Of a DNA stretch of 51,790 nt, positions 36,821 through 45,674 are shown in pieces. The stretch comes from Actinomycetota bacterium (GTDB lineage Bacteria; Actinomycetota; CADDZG01; JAHWKV01). The stretch lies in contig DATACZ010000010.1 of NCBI GenBank assembly GCA_036258795.1, positions 1 through 51,790 of the forward strand. The letters run 5' to 3'. The notes under the pieces were generated by a model. The model searched no databases. It was not told the DNA's origin and worked only from the letters and a program-made list of their open reading frames with translations. Position 1 is the stretch's first letter; each line of letters opens with the position of its first letter. The translations under genes and the position numbers were made by a program.

Positions 36821-38002
36821 ATGTCGGATGATGGCTTGATGGAAGCACTTTGGGACGTTGCAGAGCCACTGTCGGTCACCATTTTGGGATCTACCGGGTC
36901 CATTGGTCGTCAGACCCTCGACGTGGTGAGGGCCCATCCCGAACGCTTCGAGGTGGCTGCGCTCGTGGCAGGCTCCGATGCCGAGGGGCTGCTGGCGCAA
37001 GCGAAAGAGTTCGACGTGTCCGTTCTGGGCCTCGTGTCAGGCCAACTCGACCCGCCGGAGGGCACAAGGGTCATCTCCGGGCCCAGGGCTGCAGAGCAGG
37101 TCGTTGCGGAGGTGGAGGCCAATGTGGTGCTCAATGCCATAGTCGGAGCCGCTGGGCTGGAGGCCACTATGGCGACGATTGCCTCGGGACAGATCCTTGC
37201 TCTCGCGAACAAGGAGAGCTTGGTCGCTGGGGGGGAGCTCGTGATGAGCAAGGTGATGCCTGGCCAGCTCCGTCCCGTCGACAGCGAGCACTCGGCCTTG
37301 TGGCAGCTGTTGGAGGGCTTGACTTCGGATCGTCTGAGGCGGGCCTATTTGACCGGAAGCGGGGGCCCATTTCGTGGTCGCCGGCGGGAGGACCTAGCCG
37401 GAGTATCGGTGGCCGAGGCTCTCAAGCACCCTGTCTGGGAGATGGGTCCGAAGATCACTGTCGACTCCGCAACGCTGATGAACAAGGGCCTCGAGGTGAT
37501 CGAGGCACACTTCCTGTTCGGGTTGACTTATGACGAGATCGAGGTGGTGATCCATCCGGAAGGGCGGGTTCACGGAATGATCGAGACCGTGGACGGCCAG
37601 GTCTTCGTCCACGCCGCGCCCCCCGACATGCGCCTGCCGATCCAGCTGGCACTCTCCTGGCCCGAACGCCTGGCGGCTCCGCCGGGTCTGCGGCTGGATT
37701 GGGGGAGTGCGCTCGAGATGACCTTCGAGCCCCCGGACCTCGAGGCCTTCGAATGTCTGTCGTTGGCGTTTGAGGCCGGGAGAAGAGGAGGCACCTATCC
37801 CGCCGTGCTCAATGCGGCCAACGAGGTGGCGGTCGGAGCCTTTGTGGCCGGTGACCTCGACTTCCTGGGTATTCCGGGGGTGGTGGCGGACGTCCTGGGC
37901 AGGCACTCCAGCTCTGAGCCGGATCTCGAGGGCATCCTGGAGCAGGACCGATGGGCCCGCTCGGAGGCCCGCGAGCTGATCGAAGCCAGGAGACGGTCTT
38001 GA
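36821..38002 (+). CDS. dxr: 1-deoxy-D-xylulose 5-phosphate reductoisomerase
   Basis: ATG 36821, just after the cdsA stop. ILGSTGSIGRQTLDV NADPH loop, LANKESLV, DSEHSA, NKGLEVIEAHFLF. Confidence 0.93.
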   Translation: MSDDGLMEALWDVAEPLSVTILGSTGSIGRQTLDVVRAHPERFEVAALVAGSDAEGLLAQAKEFDVSVLGLVSGQLDPPEGTRVISGPRAAEQVVAEVEANVVLNAIVGAAGLEATMATIASGQILALANKESLVAGGELVMSKVMPGQLRPVDSEHSALWQLLEGLTSDRLRRAYLTGSGGPFRGRRREDLAGVSVAEALKHPVWEMGPKITVDSATLMNKGLEVIEAHFLFGLTYDEIEVVIHPEGRVHGMIETVDGQVFVHAAPPDMRLPIQLALSWPERLAAPPGLRLDWGSALEMTFEPPDLEAFECLSLAFEAGRRGGTYPAVLNAANEVAVGAFVAGDLDFLGIPGVVADVLGRHSSSEPDLEGILEQDRWARSEARELIEARRRS

Positions 38003-39156
38003 ACGGGGCGACAGGCATCGTTGCATTCATGGTGACGCTCTTGGTCATGGTCCTGTTCCATGAGTTCGGCCACTTCATCACCGCCAGGAAGTTCGGGATC
38101 AAGGTGGAGGAGTTTTTTATCGGTTTCGGGCCAAGGCTCATCTCCTGGTGGCGAGGCGAGACTGAGTACGGAGTTAAGGCGATCCTGCTGGGAGGGTACG
38201 TGCGGATTGCCGGGATGAACCCAATGCAGGTCATCCCGCCCGAAGAGCTACCCAGAACGTTCGGAGCGAAGCCTGCCTGGCAAAGGGCGATCGTCCTCTT
38301 TGCCGGCTCCATGACGCACTTCATACTGGCGATCCTCCTTTTCTCAACTCTTTACTGGGTGATCGGCGTGCATGACTACTCCCGCCCCCTTACCCGCGTC
38401 GAGGACGTGACCGCAAAGGTAGGGGATGCTGAGGGACCGGCGCGCGTGGCCGGAATCAAGCCTGGCGACGTGATCGTCTCAATCTCGGGAAAGCCCATCC
38501 GGTCCTGGGATGACTTAAGAGATCAGGTTCGCCCCAACGCGGGTAAGGAGCTCATCTTCGAGGTCGAACGGGACGGCCGCCGCCTTCAGCTTCCCGTGAC
38601 TCCGGTGGCCGCTAAGGTTCCTGTCGAAGCCAACTCTGATAAGACGGAGACTGTTGGCCAGGTGGGCGTGGCACCAAGCTTCCGGCTCATCAAGGAGTCG
38701 CCGCCTCAAGCACTCTGGCATGGGATCCGAACCACCGGCGAGTCGATAGTTTTGAGCGTCGTCGGGGCCGGCCGCATCTTCTCTCCGGAGGGCATAAGTG
38801 CCGTGTTTCAGGAGCTGGGAGGAGAAGGGGAGCGGGATCTTACGGAGGATCAGCCGATCGGATTGATAGGTGGGGCTCGGCTGGCTGGGCAAGCCACTTC
38901 CGCGGGCGACATGGAGTCGCTCATCATGTTTCTCGGCATATTCATAGTGTTTGTGGGCGTGATCAACCTGGCTCCTCTGCCGCCCTTGGATGGAGGGCAT
39001 CTGCTCGTCTTGGCCATTGAGAAGATTTCCCGGAGAGTGGTTGATCCCCGAAGGCTCATCCCCGTGGCGGGCCTGGTTCTGGGGTTTCTGCTCATTCTCA
39101 CCGTGGCGCTCTTCTACCTTGATCTTGCAAGGCCGCTGACGGACCCGTTCCAGTAG
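37999..39156 (+). CDS. rseP: Site-2 (M50) zinc metalloprotease RseP/Rip1 with PDZ domain
   Basis: TTG 37999 overlaps the dxr stop (TTGA). HEFGH zinc motif about 20 aa from the N-terminus, PDZ (GIKPGDVIVSISGKPI), C-terminal NLAPLPPLDGGHL motif. Confidence 0.9.
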   Translation: MNGATGIVAFMVTLLVMVLFHEFGHFITARKFGIKVEEFFIGFGPRLISWWRGETEYGVKAILLGGYVRIAGMNPMQVIPPEELPRTFGAKPAWQRAIVLFAGSMTHFILAILLFSTLYWVIGVHDYSRPLTRVEDVTAKVGDAEGPARVAGIKPGDVIVSISGKPIRSWDDLRDQVRPNAGKELIFEVERDGRRLQLPVTPVAAKVPVEANSDKTETVGQVGVAPSFRLIKESPPQALWHGIRTTGESIVLSVVGAGRIFSPEGISAVFQELGGEGERDLTEDQPIGLIGGARLAGQATSAGDMESLIMFLGIFIVFVGVINLAPLPPLDGGHLLVLAIEKISRRVVDPRRLIPVAGLVLGFLLILTVALFYLDLARPLTDPFQ

Positions 39157-39165
39157 AGGCCGGCC

Positions 39166-40590
39166 ATTCCCCTTACCAAGCAGTCCGAGGACTTTCCCGC
39201 CTGGTACCAGCAGGTCGTCAAAGGCGCGGAGCTGGCCGAGCACTCCCTGGCGCGAGGCTCCATGGTGATCCGGCCCTACGGCTATGCAATATGGGAGGCG
39301 ATTCAGTCAGGCCTTGACCGGCGTATCAAGGCAACCGGCCACTCCAACGTGTACTTTCCCCTCCTCATCCCCAAGAGCCTGATCGACAAGGAGGCCTCCC
39401 ACGTGGAGGGCTTCAGCCCCCAGGTGGCCGTGGTCACCCACGGAGGAGGCGAAAAGCTGGAAGAACCCCTGATCGTTCGACCTACGTCCGAGACCATCAT
39501 CTGGGCGACTTACGCGAAGTGGATCCAGAGCTACCGGGACCTGCCCGTCCTCTACAACCAGTGGGCCAATGTGGTCCGGTGGGAGATGCGCACCCGTCTC
39601 TTTCTGCGAACCACTGAGTTCTTGTGGCAGGAGGGTCACACCGCCCACGAGACCGCGGAGGAAGCAATGGCTGAGGCCCGAATGATTCTGAACGACGTCT
39701 ACCGGTCGGTAGTGGAGGATGACTTTTCGATGCCGGTATTGGCGGGACGGAAGAGCCCATCAGAGCGATTTCCCGGCGCCGAGGAGACCTTCGCCATCGA
39801 GGCCTTGATGCGCGACGGGAAGGCACTCCAGGCCGGTACTTCGCACTATCTCGGCCAGAACTTCGCCAAGGCATATGGTGTTCAGTTCCTCGGCAGGGAG
39901 GGGAAGCTGGAACATCCCTACGCCACGTCGTGGGGAGTCACCACCCGTCTGGTCGGGGCGCTGATCATGGCACATGGTGACGATAAGGGGCTTCGGCTTC
40001 CACCCAATCTGGCCCCAATACAGGTGATGGTAATCCCGATCGCCCGGGGTGATGCAGAGATGTCCGCTGTCGGGGAGGCGTCCCAGCGGGTGATGAGCAT
40101 GCTCGACTCCCTGAGGGTAAAGGTAGACGATCGTCAGGAGCATCGACCCGGATACAAGTTCAATGAGTGGGAGCTCAAGGGAGTGCCGGTTCGGCTGGAG
40201 ATAGGCCCCAAGGACCTTGAACGTGGCGAGGTTACGGTGTACCGGAGAGATACAGGGCAGAAGTCGTCCGTGCCTGTGGACTCGGTCGCCGATCACGTGA
40301 GCCAGCTTTTGGCCGAAATTCAGAAGAACCTTCTCGATCAGGCGCTGGCTTTCAGGCAGGAGCGAACCTCCAGGCCTACTAGCTATGAGGAGATGAGAGA
40401 GTTGCTCGCCCAAAGCGCCGGTTTCGCTCAGGCGCCCTGGTGCGGAAGCCCTGCCTGTGAGGAAAAGGTCAAGGCGGATACCAAAGCAACCATAAGGGTC
40501 CTTCCGCTCGATCCCGTTGACCCGGAGGGAAGCTGCATCGTATGCGGGCAGAGGGGCACCGAGGTGGCAACCTGGGCCCAGTCCTACTGA
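39166..40590 (+). CDS. proS: Prolyl-tRNA synthetase, archaeal/eukaryote-like (Thermus-type) class IIa; probable ATT start
   Basis: ORF track starts at ATG 39262 (MVIRPYGYAIWE). The conserved N-terminal segment PLTKQSEDFPAWYQQVVKGAELAEHSLARGS is encoded in frame upstream, bounded by TAG 39154-39156. The only plausible initiator is ATT 39166, 6 nt after GAGG (39156-39159). Class II motifs FLRTTEFLWQEGHTAH, GKALQAGTSHYLG, and C-terminal Zn-binding Cys cluster. Confidence 0.85.
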   Translation: MPLTKQSEDFPAWYQQVVKGAELAEHSLARGSMVIRPYGYAIWEAIQSGLDRRIKATGHSNVYFPLLIPKSLIDKEASHVEGFSPQVAVVTHGGGEKLEEPLIVRPTSETIIWATYAKWIQSYRDLPVLYNQWANVVRWEMRTRLFLRTTEFLWQEGHTAHETAEEAMAEARMILNDVYRSVVEDDFSMPVLAGRKSPSERFPGAEETFAIEALMRDGKALQAGTSHYLGQNFAKAYGVQFLGREGKLEHPYATSWGVTTRLVGALIMAHGDDKGLRLPPNLAPIQVMVIPIARGDAEMSAVGEASQRVMSMLDSLRVKVDDRQEHRPGYKFNEWELKGVPVRLEIGPKDLERGEVTVYRRDTGQKSSVPVDSVADHVSQLLAEIQKNLLDQALAFRQERTSRPTSYEEMRELLAQSAGFAQAPWCGSPACEEKVKADTKATIRVLPLDPVDPEGSCIVCGQRGTEVATWAQSY

Positions 40591-40601
40591 GGGAGAGTTT
40601 C

Positions 40602-40976
40602 CTACCCGATCAGCAGGACCTCGGCGATGGCAATTCCGCCATCGTGAGCCAGGGACACCAGCGGCGTGCATTCACCGGCCAGCTCTGCGGCTCGTCCGGT
40701 GAGCCGGAGCTGAGGAGGTTCTCGATGTCCCTTGGTTCGCACCTCCACCTGATGCCATGACAGCTGGGGCCAGCCAACCCCCAAGGCTTTGAAAGTGGCC
40801 TCCTTGGCGGCGAACCTTGCCGCCAGATGTTCGGGAGGATTGGGCCGGCTGTAGGCATATTCGAGCTCCTCGGGAGTGAAGAGTCTTCCGGCCAGACGCG
40901 GGAATTCCCGTAGCCGGCGGTCAATTCGAGCGATGTCGACAATGTCTATGCCGACGCGAATATCGGTTTCTCGCAC
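40602..40976 (-). CDS. acpS: Holo-[acyl-carrier-protein] synthase
   Basis: 124 aa. VGIDIVDIARI, FTPEELEYA, AARFAAKEATFKALG, SLAHDGGIAIAEVLL. Confidence 0.9.
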   Translation of the reverse strand: MRETDIRVGIDIVDIARIDRRLREFPRLAGRLFTPEELEYAYSRPNPPEHLAARFAAKEATFKALGVGWPQLSWHQVEVRTKGHREPPQLRLTGRAAELAGECTPLVSLAHDGGIAIAEVLLIG

Positions 40977-41026
40977 GGCGACACTCGCTGCCCTAGATCG
41001 CTCGTTCGGTAGGTTCTGCGCTCCCG

Positions 41027-42265
41027 CTAAGCAGACTTCGCCAGGACGATGGTGGCATTGTGGCCTCCGAAACCGAATGAGTTGGAAATCGCCACATCAA
41101 ACCGGTGGTTGCGCGCCTTGTTGGGGACGACGTCTAGATCGCAGTCCGGGTCGGGCTCCTCGTAGTTGATAGTCGGCGGAAGCACCTGTTCCTCGAGTGC
41201 CAGCACCGTGGCCGCCAGCGCAGTGGAACCAGCCGCTCCAAGTAGGTGACCGGTCATGGACTTGGTCGCTGAGGTTGGAGGGGGAGCGTCCCCAAAGACC
41301 TTGTGTATAGCCGCTGCCTCGGCAGAATCGCCCAGCTTCGTGGACGTCCCATGTGCGCTTATGTACCCGACGTCGGCCGGAGTGATTTCGGCATCTGACA
41401 GGGCGCTGATCATGCATGCGGAGGCCCCGGCACCTTCGGGGTGTGGCATCACTATGTGGTACGCGTCGGAGGAGAGCCCGTATCCAAGAACCTCCGCCAG
41501 CACCTTGGCCCCGCGTGCTCTCGCCACCTCCATCGCCTCGAGCACTACGATCGTTGATCCCTCGCCGAGCACGAATCCGTCCCGGCCGGCGTCGAATGGT
41601 CTGGAGGCGTGCTCCGGGTCGTCGTTGCGCCTGGACAGGGCCCGGGCGGTGCAGAAGGCTGCAAGTGACAGGGGCGTGATTGCCGCCTCAGTTCCTCCTG
41701 CCAGCACGATGTCGGCTGCGCCGGAACGAATGATGTCGATCGCCCTGGCCATGGCATGCCCACTGGACGCGCAGGCCGTTACGGTGCAGTCGTTGGGTCC
41801 GGAGAACCCCAACTCGATGGCTATCGATCCAGCTGCGGCGTTCGGAATCATCTTGGCGATGAGTTCCGGGCTGACCGAGCGCGGGCCTTTGGTCAAGAGC
41901 ACCTCGTGCTCCTCCTCGGTGAGAGCGATGCCGCCGATGCCGGACCCGATGACGATCCCCACTCTGGCGGGGTCGGGATCGGAAGGCTTGAGTTCTGCGT
42001 GGTCCAGTGCGAGCTTGGTGGCGGCATAGGCAAGGTGCGTGAAGCGACCCATACGCCGTGCTCGCCTCGGCTCCAGGTAGTCGTCGATGTTGAACTCGCC
42101 GATTTCGGCCCCGATCTTGACGGGGTAGCGTTCTGTGTCGAATCTGGTGACCGGTCCAACGCCGGACCGGCCTTCCCGCATGGACTCCCAGAACGGTTGG
42201 ACGCCCGTGCCTATCGGAGTGACCGGGCCGATGCCGGTCACCGCAATCTGTCTGCCCTTAGGCAT
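41027..42265 (-). CDS. fabF: 3-oxoacyl-ACP synthase II
   Basis: 412 aa. Active-site TVTACASSGHA (Cys), two His (YHIVMPHP, SAHGTSTKLGD), C-terminal NSFGFGGHNATIVL. Confidence 0.95.
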   Translation of the reverse strand: MPKGRQIAVTGIGPVTPIGTGVQPFWESMREGRSGVGPVTRFDTERYPVKIGAEIGEFNIDDYLEPRRARRMGRFTHLAYAATKLALDHAELKPSDPDPARVGIVIGSGIGGIALTEEEHEVLLTKGPRSVSPELIAKMIPNAAAGSIAIELGFSGPNDCTVTACASSGHAMARAIDIIRSGAADIVLAGGTEAAITPLSLAAFCTARALSRRNDDPEHASRPFDAGRDGFVLGEGSTIVVLEAMEVARARGAKVLAEVLGYGLSSDAYHIVMPHPEGAGASACMISALSDAEITPADVGYISAHGTSTKLGDSAEAAAIHKVFGDAPPPTSATKSMTGHLLGAAGSTALAATVLALEEQVLPPTINYEEPDPDCDLDVVPNKARNHRFDVAISNSFGFGGHNATIVLAKSA

Positions 42266-42515
42266 TCGCTGCTACTTTTCCGGACAGTAGCTCGGTTGCC
42301 TCCCGGAGGGTGGTGACGTTCTCCAGCTCGTCGTCCGAAACCTCGATTCCATACCTCTCCTCGACCGCCATCACCACAGTCGTCAGATCGATTGAGTCAA
42401 GGCCCAGATCCTCGAACAAGTTGGCGTCCTCCGTGACGCTGCCCTCTTCCACCTTGAGCCTGTCAACGAGTACTTCCTTGAGCGCGCTGAATACTTCTTC
42501 TCTATCGGCCATCAC
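42258..42515 (-). CDS. acpP: Acyl carrier protein
   Basis: 85 aa. Phosphopantetheine site LGLDSIDLTTVVMAVEERYG. 8-nt overlap with the fabF start. Confidence 0.93.
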   Translation of the reverse strand: MMADREEVFSALKEVLVDRLKVEEGSVTEDANLFEDLGLDSIDLTTVVMAVEERYGIEVSDDELENVTTLREATELLSGKVAANA

Positions 42516-42597
42516 GTCTCCTTTCCATTAGCCAAATCTATACCTCTGAACATGAACGCGGCCCTCTCGGCTGCAAACGGTACCGCCTTGATCTTGA

Positions 42598-43320
42598 TCA
42601 GGTAAGCCCGCCATCTATCCCTATGACCTGCCCTGTCAGGTACGAGGCCCTGACGCAGAATCGAACTGCCTCGGCAATTTCCTCAGGTTCCCCTGCCCGC
42701 CGAAGTGGTATGCGGTCCAGCAGCGCCTGACGTGCCGCGGGGGACAGCGCGGCGGTGAGATCCGTGTCAACCAGTCCAGGGGCCACCACGTTCACGGTGA
42801 TGCCATGATTTGCGACTTCCCGAGCCAGCGATTTGGAGAACCCAACCACACCAGCTTTGGCTGCAGCGTAGTTGGTCTGCCCAGCGTTTCCGGCAGACCC
42901 TACGACCGAGCCGATGGTGACAACCCTTCCCCAACCGCCCTTCAGCATCCCGGGCAGGGCGCGCTTGGTGCATCTGAACACGCCAGTGAGGTCGGTTGAG
43001 ATAACTTCCTCCCACTCCGCTTCTTTCATCCTGAGCAGAAGTCGGTCTCGGGTGATGCCGGCGTTGTTGACGAGGATCTCAACTGATCCCAAACGCTCCT
43101 CCACTTCACCAAAGGCACGATCGACTTCCTCCTGATCTTCCACGTCTATCCGAACCGCGATCCCGTCTTTGCACGAGGCCGCAAGCTCGGCTGCCGAATC
43201 TTCGTCACCAAGAAAGCCAACCGCCACCTTGGCACCCTCCGCCGACAGGGCTTCGACACAGGCCCTACCGATTCCTCGGCCGGCGCCGGTGACGAGGGTC
43301 ACCCGTCCGGCCAGGGTCAA
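42598..43320 (-). CDS. fabG: 3-oxoacyl-ACP reductase (SDR)
   Basis: Start placed at TTG 43320 (MTLAGRVTLVTGAGRGIG), just downstream of the fabH stop; the ORF-track start 43440 lies inside fabH. NNAG, catalytic YAAAKAG, PGLVDTD. Confidence 0.88.
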   Translation of the reverse strand: MTLAGRVTLVTGAGRGIGRACVEALSAEGAKVAVGFLGDEDSAAELAASCKDGIAVRIDVEDQEEVDRAFGEVEERLGSVEILVNNAGITRDRLLLRMKEAEWEEVISTDLTGVFRCTKRALPGMLKGGWGRVVTIGSVVGSAGNAGQTNYAAAKAGVVGFSKSLAREVANHGITVNVVAPGLVDTDLTAALSPAARQALLDRIPLRRAGEPEEIAEAVRFCVRASYLTGQVIGIDGGLT

Positions 43321-43327
43321 GCTGCTG

Positions 43328-44347
43328 TCATGCCGGTAGGTCGGCCAGTTCGGGGTCCACCCTCCGGCCGCCGGCCTCCGGGTTCTGCAGCGTCCAGCGA
43401 AGGGCTGCACCTCCCCAGGTGTAACCCGCGCCGAAGGCAAGCATCAGCAGACGGTCGTCGGGCTTGAGGCGTCCACTCTCCCAGGCCTCACAAAGAGCCA
43501 GGGGGATGGAGGCGGCCGAGGTGTTACCGTACCGCTGGATGTTCATGTAGACCTTCGAAGGGTCGATACCGAGGTGAACGCCGGCCTCGTCGAGTATCCT
43601 GCGGTTCGCCTGATGGGCAACCAGCAGATCAAAGCTGTCCGAGCCGAAGAGGGTTCCGAGCTCGGACATTTTCTTCACCGCCTGCCGGAAGACCTCACGC
43701 CCCGACATCTTTATGACGTCCAGCTTGGGGTCGTAGGGAAGACCGTCCGAAGACAGCTTGCTGCCCCCTGTTGGGATGTACACCTGATGAAATCCCGACC
43801 CATCGGATCCAAGCTCGAACCGAATGGGGTCTGCATCCGGATTTGGCTCGATGACCACGGCTCCTGCACCATCCCCGAAAAGGGGTGCGGTCATGGCGTC
43901 GCCGAAGTTGATGTGCCGGGTGAGTAGGTCGACTCCGATGATCACCGCCGGACCCTGGTTGGTTCCAGAGATCAAGCCGCTGCCGACCGCAAGGGCGTAG
44001 ATAAACCCGGAACACGCGGCTCCGACGTCGAATGCACCGGCGCGGGTAGCGCCCAGTTCGTTTTGAATGAGGCTGGCGGCTCCTGGCAGTCGGTAATCGG
44101 GAGTGCACGTTGCCACCACGACCATGGAAACGTCTTTAGGCTCGACGCCGCTGACCTCCAAGGCTCGCCGGGCTGCGGTGGCTCCCAACGAGGATGCTGA
44201 ATCCTCGGGGCCGGCAAACCGGCGCTCCTTGATACCCGTGCGAGCCTCTATCCACTCGGAGGTGACTCCGAGCCGGGCAGCGATCTCTGCATTCGGTACG
44301 ACTCGCTCGGGTACCGCCATGCCCACGCCAGTAATCGAAACTTTCAT
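43328..44347 (-). CDS. fabH: 3-oxoacyl-ACP synthase III
   Basis: 339 aa. MKVSITGVGMAVPERVV, active-site GAACSGFIYAL (Cys), VAHQANRRI (His), GNTSAASIPLAL (Asn). Confidence 0.94.
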   Translation of the reverse strand: MKVSITGVGMAVPERVVPNAEIAARLGVTSEWIEARTGIKERRFAGPEDSASSLGATAARRALEVSGVEPKDVSMVVVATCTPDYRLPGAASLIQNELGATRAGAFDVGAACSGFIYALAVGSGLISGTNQGPAVIIGVDLLTRHINFGDAMTAPLFGDGAGAVVIEPNPDADPIRFELGSDGSGFHQVYIPTGGSKLSSDGLPYDPKLDVIKMSGREVFRQAVKKMSELGTLFGSDSFDLLVAHQANRRILDEAGVHLGIDPSKVYMNIQRYGNTSAASIPLALCEAWESGRLKPDDRLLMLAFGAGYTWGGAALRWTLQNPEAGGRRVDPELADLPA

Positions 44348-44401
44348 CCTTATCCCTCTAAGTGTTGTTGGAAGCTTTAGGAAAGGTCGTCCGGCCCACG
44401 G

Positions 44402-44695
44402 TCAATGGCATCTCAGCCAGACCACCGGTTCCGACCCGCGCACCGGTGCCCCGTCCGGGAGCATCAAGCCCATCATCCACCCGGCAAAGGGAGAGCGGAT
44501 CGGAACCACCTCTCCGCTGGAGGACTCCACGTTGCCGACCACCTGCCCCTGAAGGACGTACTCACCCTCTCCGGTGTCACGCACGAGGGGGCTGGGGCGG
44601 AAGCGGCCGCTGCACGGTGAAAGAACCAGGCGCTCTTCGACGACTAAAGCCTCTCCCGGGGCGGCTTCCGACAGCGAATCCTTCCAGGCAATCAA
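44402..44695 (-). CDS. Small biotinyl/lipoyl-attachment-like barrel protein lacking the modifiable lysine
   Basis: 97 aa. LSPCSGRF...GEYVLQGQVVGNVESSSGEVVPIRSPFAGWMMGLMLPDGAPVRGSEPVVWL follows the BCCP/lipoyl hybrid-barrel pattern (SPxxGxF ... G.V..G..lg.iE-AMK-....I.sp..G.v....v..G..V....pl), but EAMK is replaced by ESSSGE. One nt separates it from the fabD stop. Confidence 0.6.
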   Translation of the reverse strand: MIAWKDSLSEAAPGEALVVEERLVLSPCSGRFRPSPLVRDTGEGEYVLQGQVVGNVESSSGEVVPIRSPFAGWMMGLMLPDGAPVRGSEPVVWLRCH

Positions 44696-44696
44696 G

Positions 44697-45674
44697 TTAG
44701 GAAACCCTCACAGTCTCGGTCGTCCGAGGCCTGGCCGAGCCGGCCCTTTCCTTAGCCCTTCCCCGTCGGTTGGGCTTTGCGGATGTTGCCAGCTCCATTA
44801 CCTGTTCATCACCATCAACTCCGGCAAGCTGGGCCTCGGGAAGAATCTGACGAACGAGCCCCCTAAGCACTCTCCCGGGTCCGGTCTCCACAAAAAACCT
44901 CACTCCGTCCCGGTGCATGTTCTCGATGGCCTCCACAAACCGAACGCGATTGGTGATCACCTCCACCAGCAACCTCTTTATCTCGTCGGGGTCGGTATGA
45001 GGCCGGCCATCGGCGCAGAGATAGATCGGCCACTTCGGCTTCCTTACCGACACCTTGGACAAGGCTTCCTCCACCTGCTCGGCGGCGGACTCCATCAAGG
45101 GGCAGTGGCCAGCTATCGGGACGTTGAGCCGCACAACCCTGCTCGCGCCTGCATGCCGGCACTGCTCGGCCGCCTCGGCAAGAGGCCGGTCTTTGCCGGA
45201 GATGACCGTCTGCGACGGGGAGTTGAGATTGGCGACCCAAACTTCCCCGGCATCGTTGCAGATCTGCTCTATGGTCGGCCGATCCAACCCGATGACCGCG
45301 GCCATCCCGCCGGGGTGGCTGCGCCCCGCTTGAGCCATCGCCCGGCCTCTGAGAGCCATGAGTCGCAAGCCGTCCTCGAACGTAAGGGAGCCGGCAACTG
45401 CCAGGGCCGGGAACTCTCCGAGGCTGTGGCCGACCAAGGCCTGAGGCTCCAGTCCATTCGAAAGCATGGTCCTGCCGATGCCCACAGAGGTGGTGTAGAG
45501 AGCAGGCTGGAGGATGTCGGGTGGCCAGGTGGGATTGGTATCGGTGGTGCACAGCTTCTCCAGATCGGTCCTCAGGATCGAGCGGGCTGCCTCGAAAAGA
45601 TCCTTGGAAGCTTCAACGCCGTTGGCCATCCCGGCTCGCTGAGATCCTTGCCCAGGGAACATCCAGCCGGTCAT
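44697..45674 (-). CDS. fabD: Malonyl-CoA:ACP transacylase with basic ~30-aa C-terminal tail
   Basis: 325 aa. FPGQGSQRAGM, nucleophile GHSLGEFPALAVAG, NSPSQTVISG. Tail AKPNRRGRAKERAGSARPRTT. Confidence 0.93.
   Translation of the reverse strand: MTGWMFPGQGSQRAGMANGVEASKDLFEAARSILRTDLEKLCTTDTNPTWPPDILQPALYTTSVGIGRTMLSNGLEPQALVGHSLGEFPALAVAGSLTFEDGLRLMALRGRAMAQAGRSHPGGMAAVIGLDRPTIEQICNDAGEVWVANLNSPSQTVISGKDRPLAEAAEQCRHAGASRVVRLNVPIAGHCPLMESAAEQVEEALSKVSVRKPKWPIYLCADGRPHTDPDEIKRLLVEVITNRVRFVEAIENMHRDGVRFFVETGPGRVLRGLVRQILPEAQLAGVDGDEQVMELATSAKPNRRGRAKERAGSARPRTTETVRVS

Noticed and set aside
40591-40601. Only 11 nt separate the convergent stops of proS and acpS, leaving no room for terminators.
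   Set aside because: Tight convergent packing is common in compact genomes. No structure could be identified, so nothing further can be tested from sequence alone.
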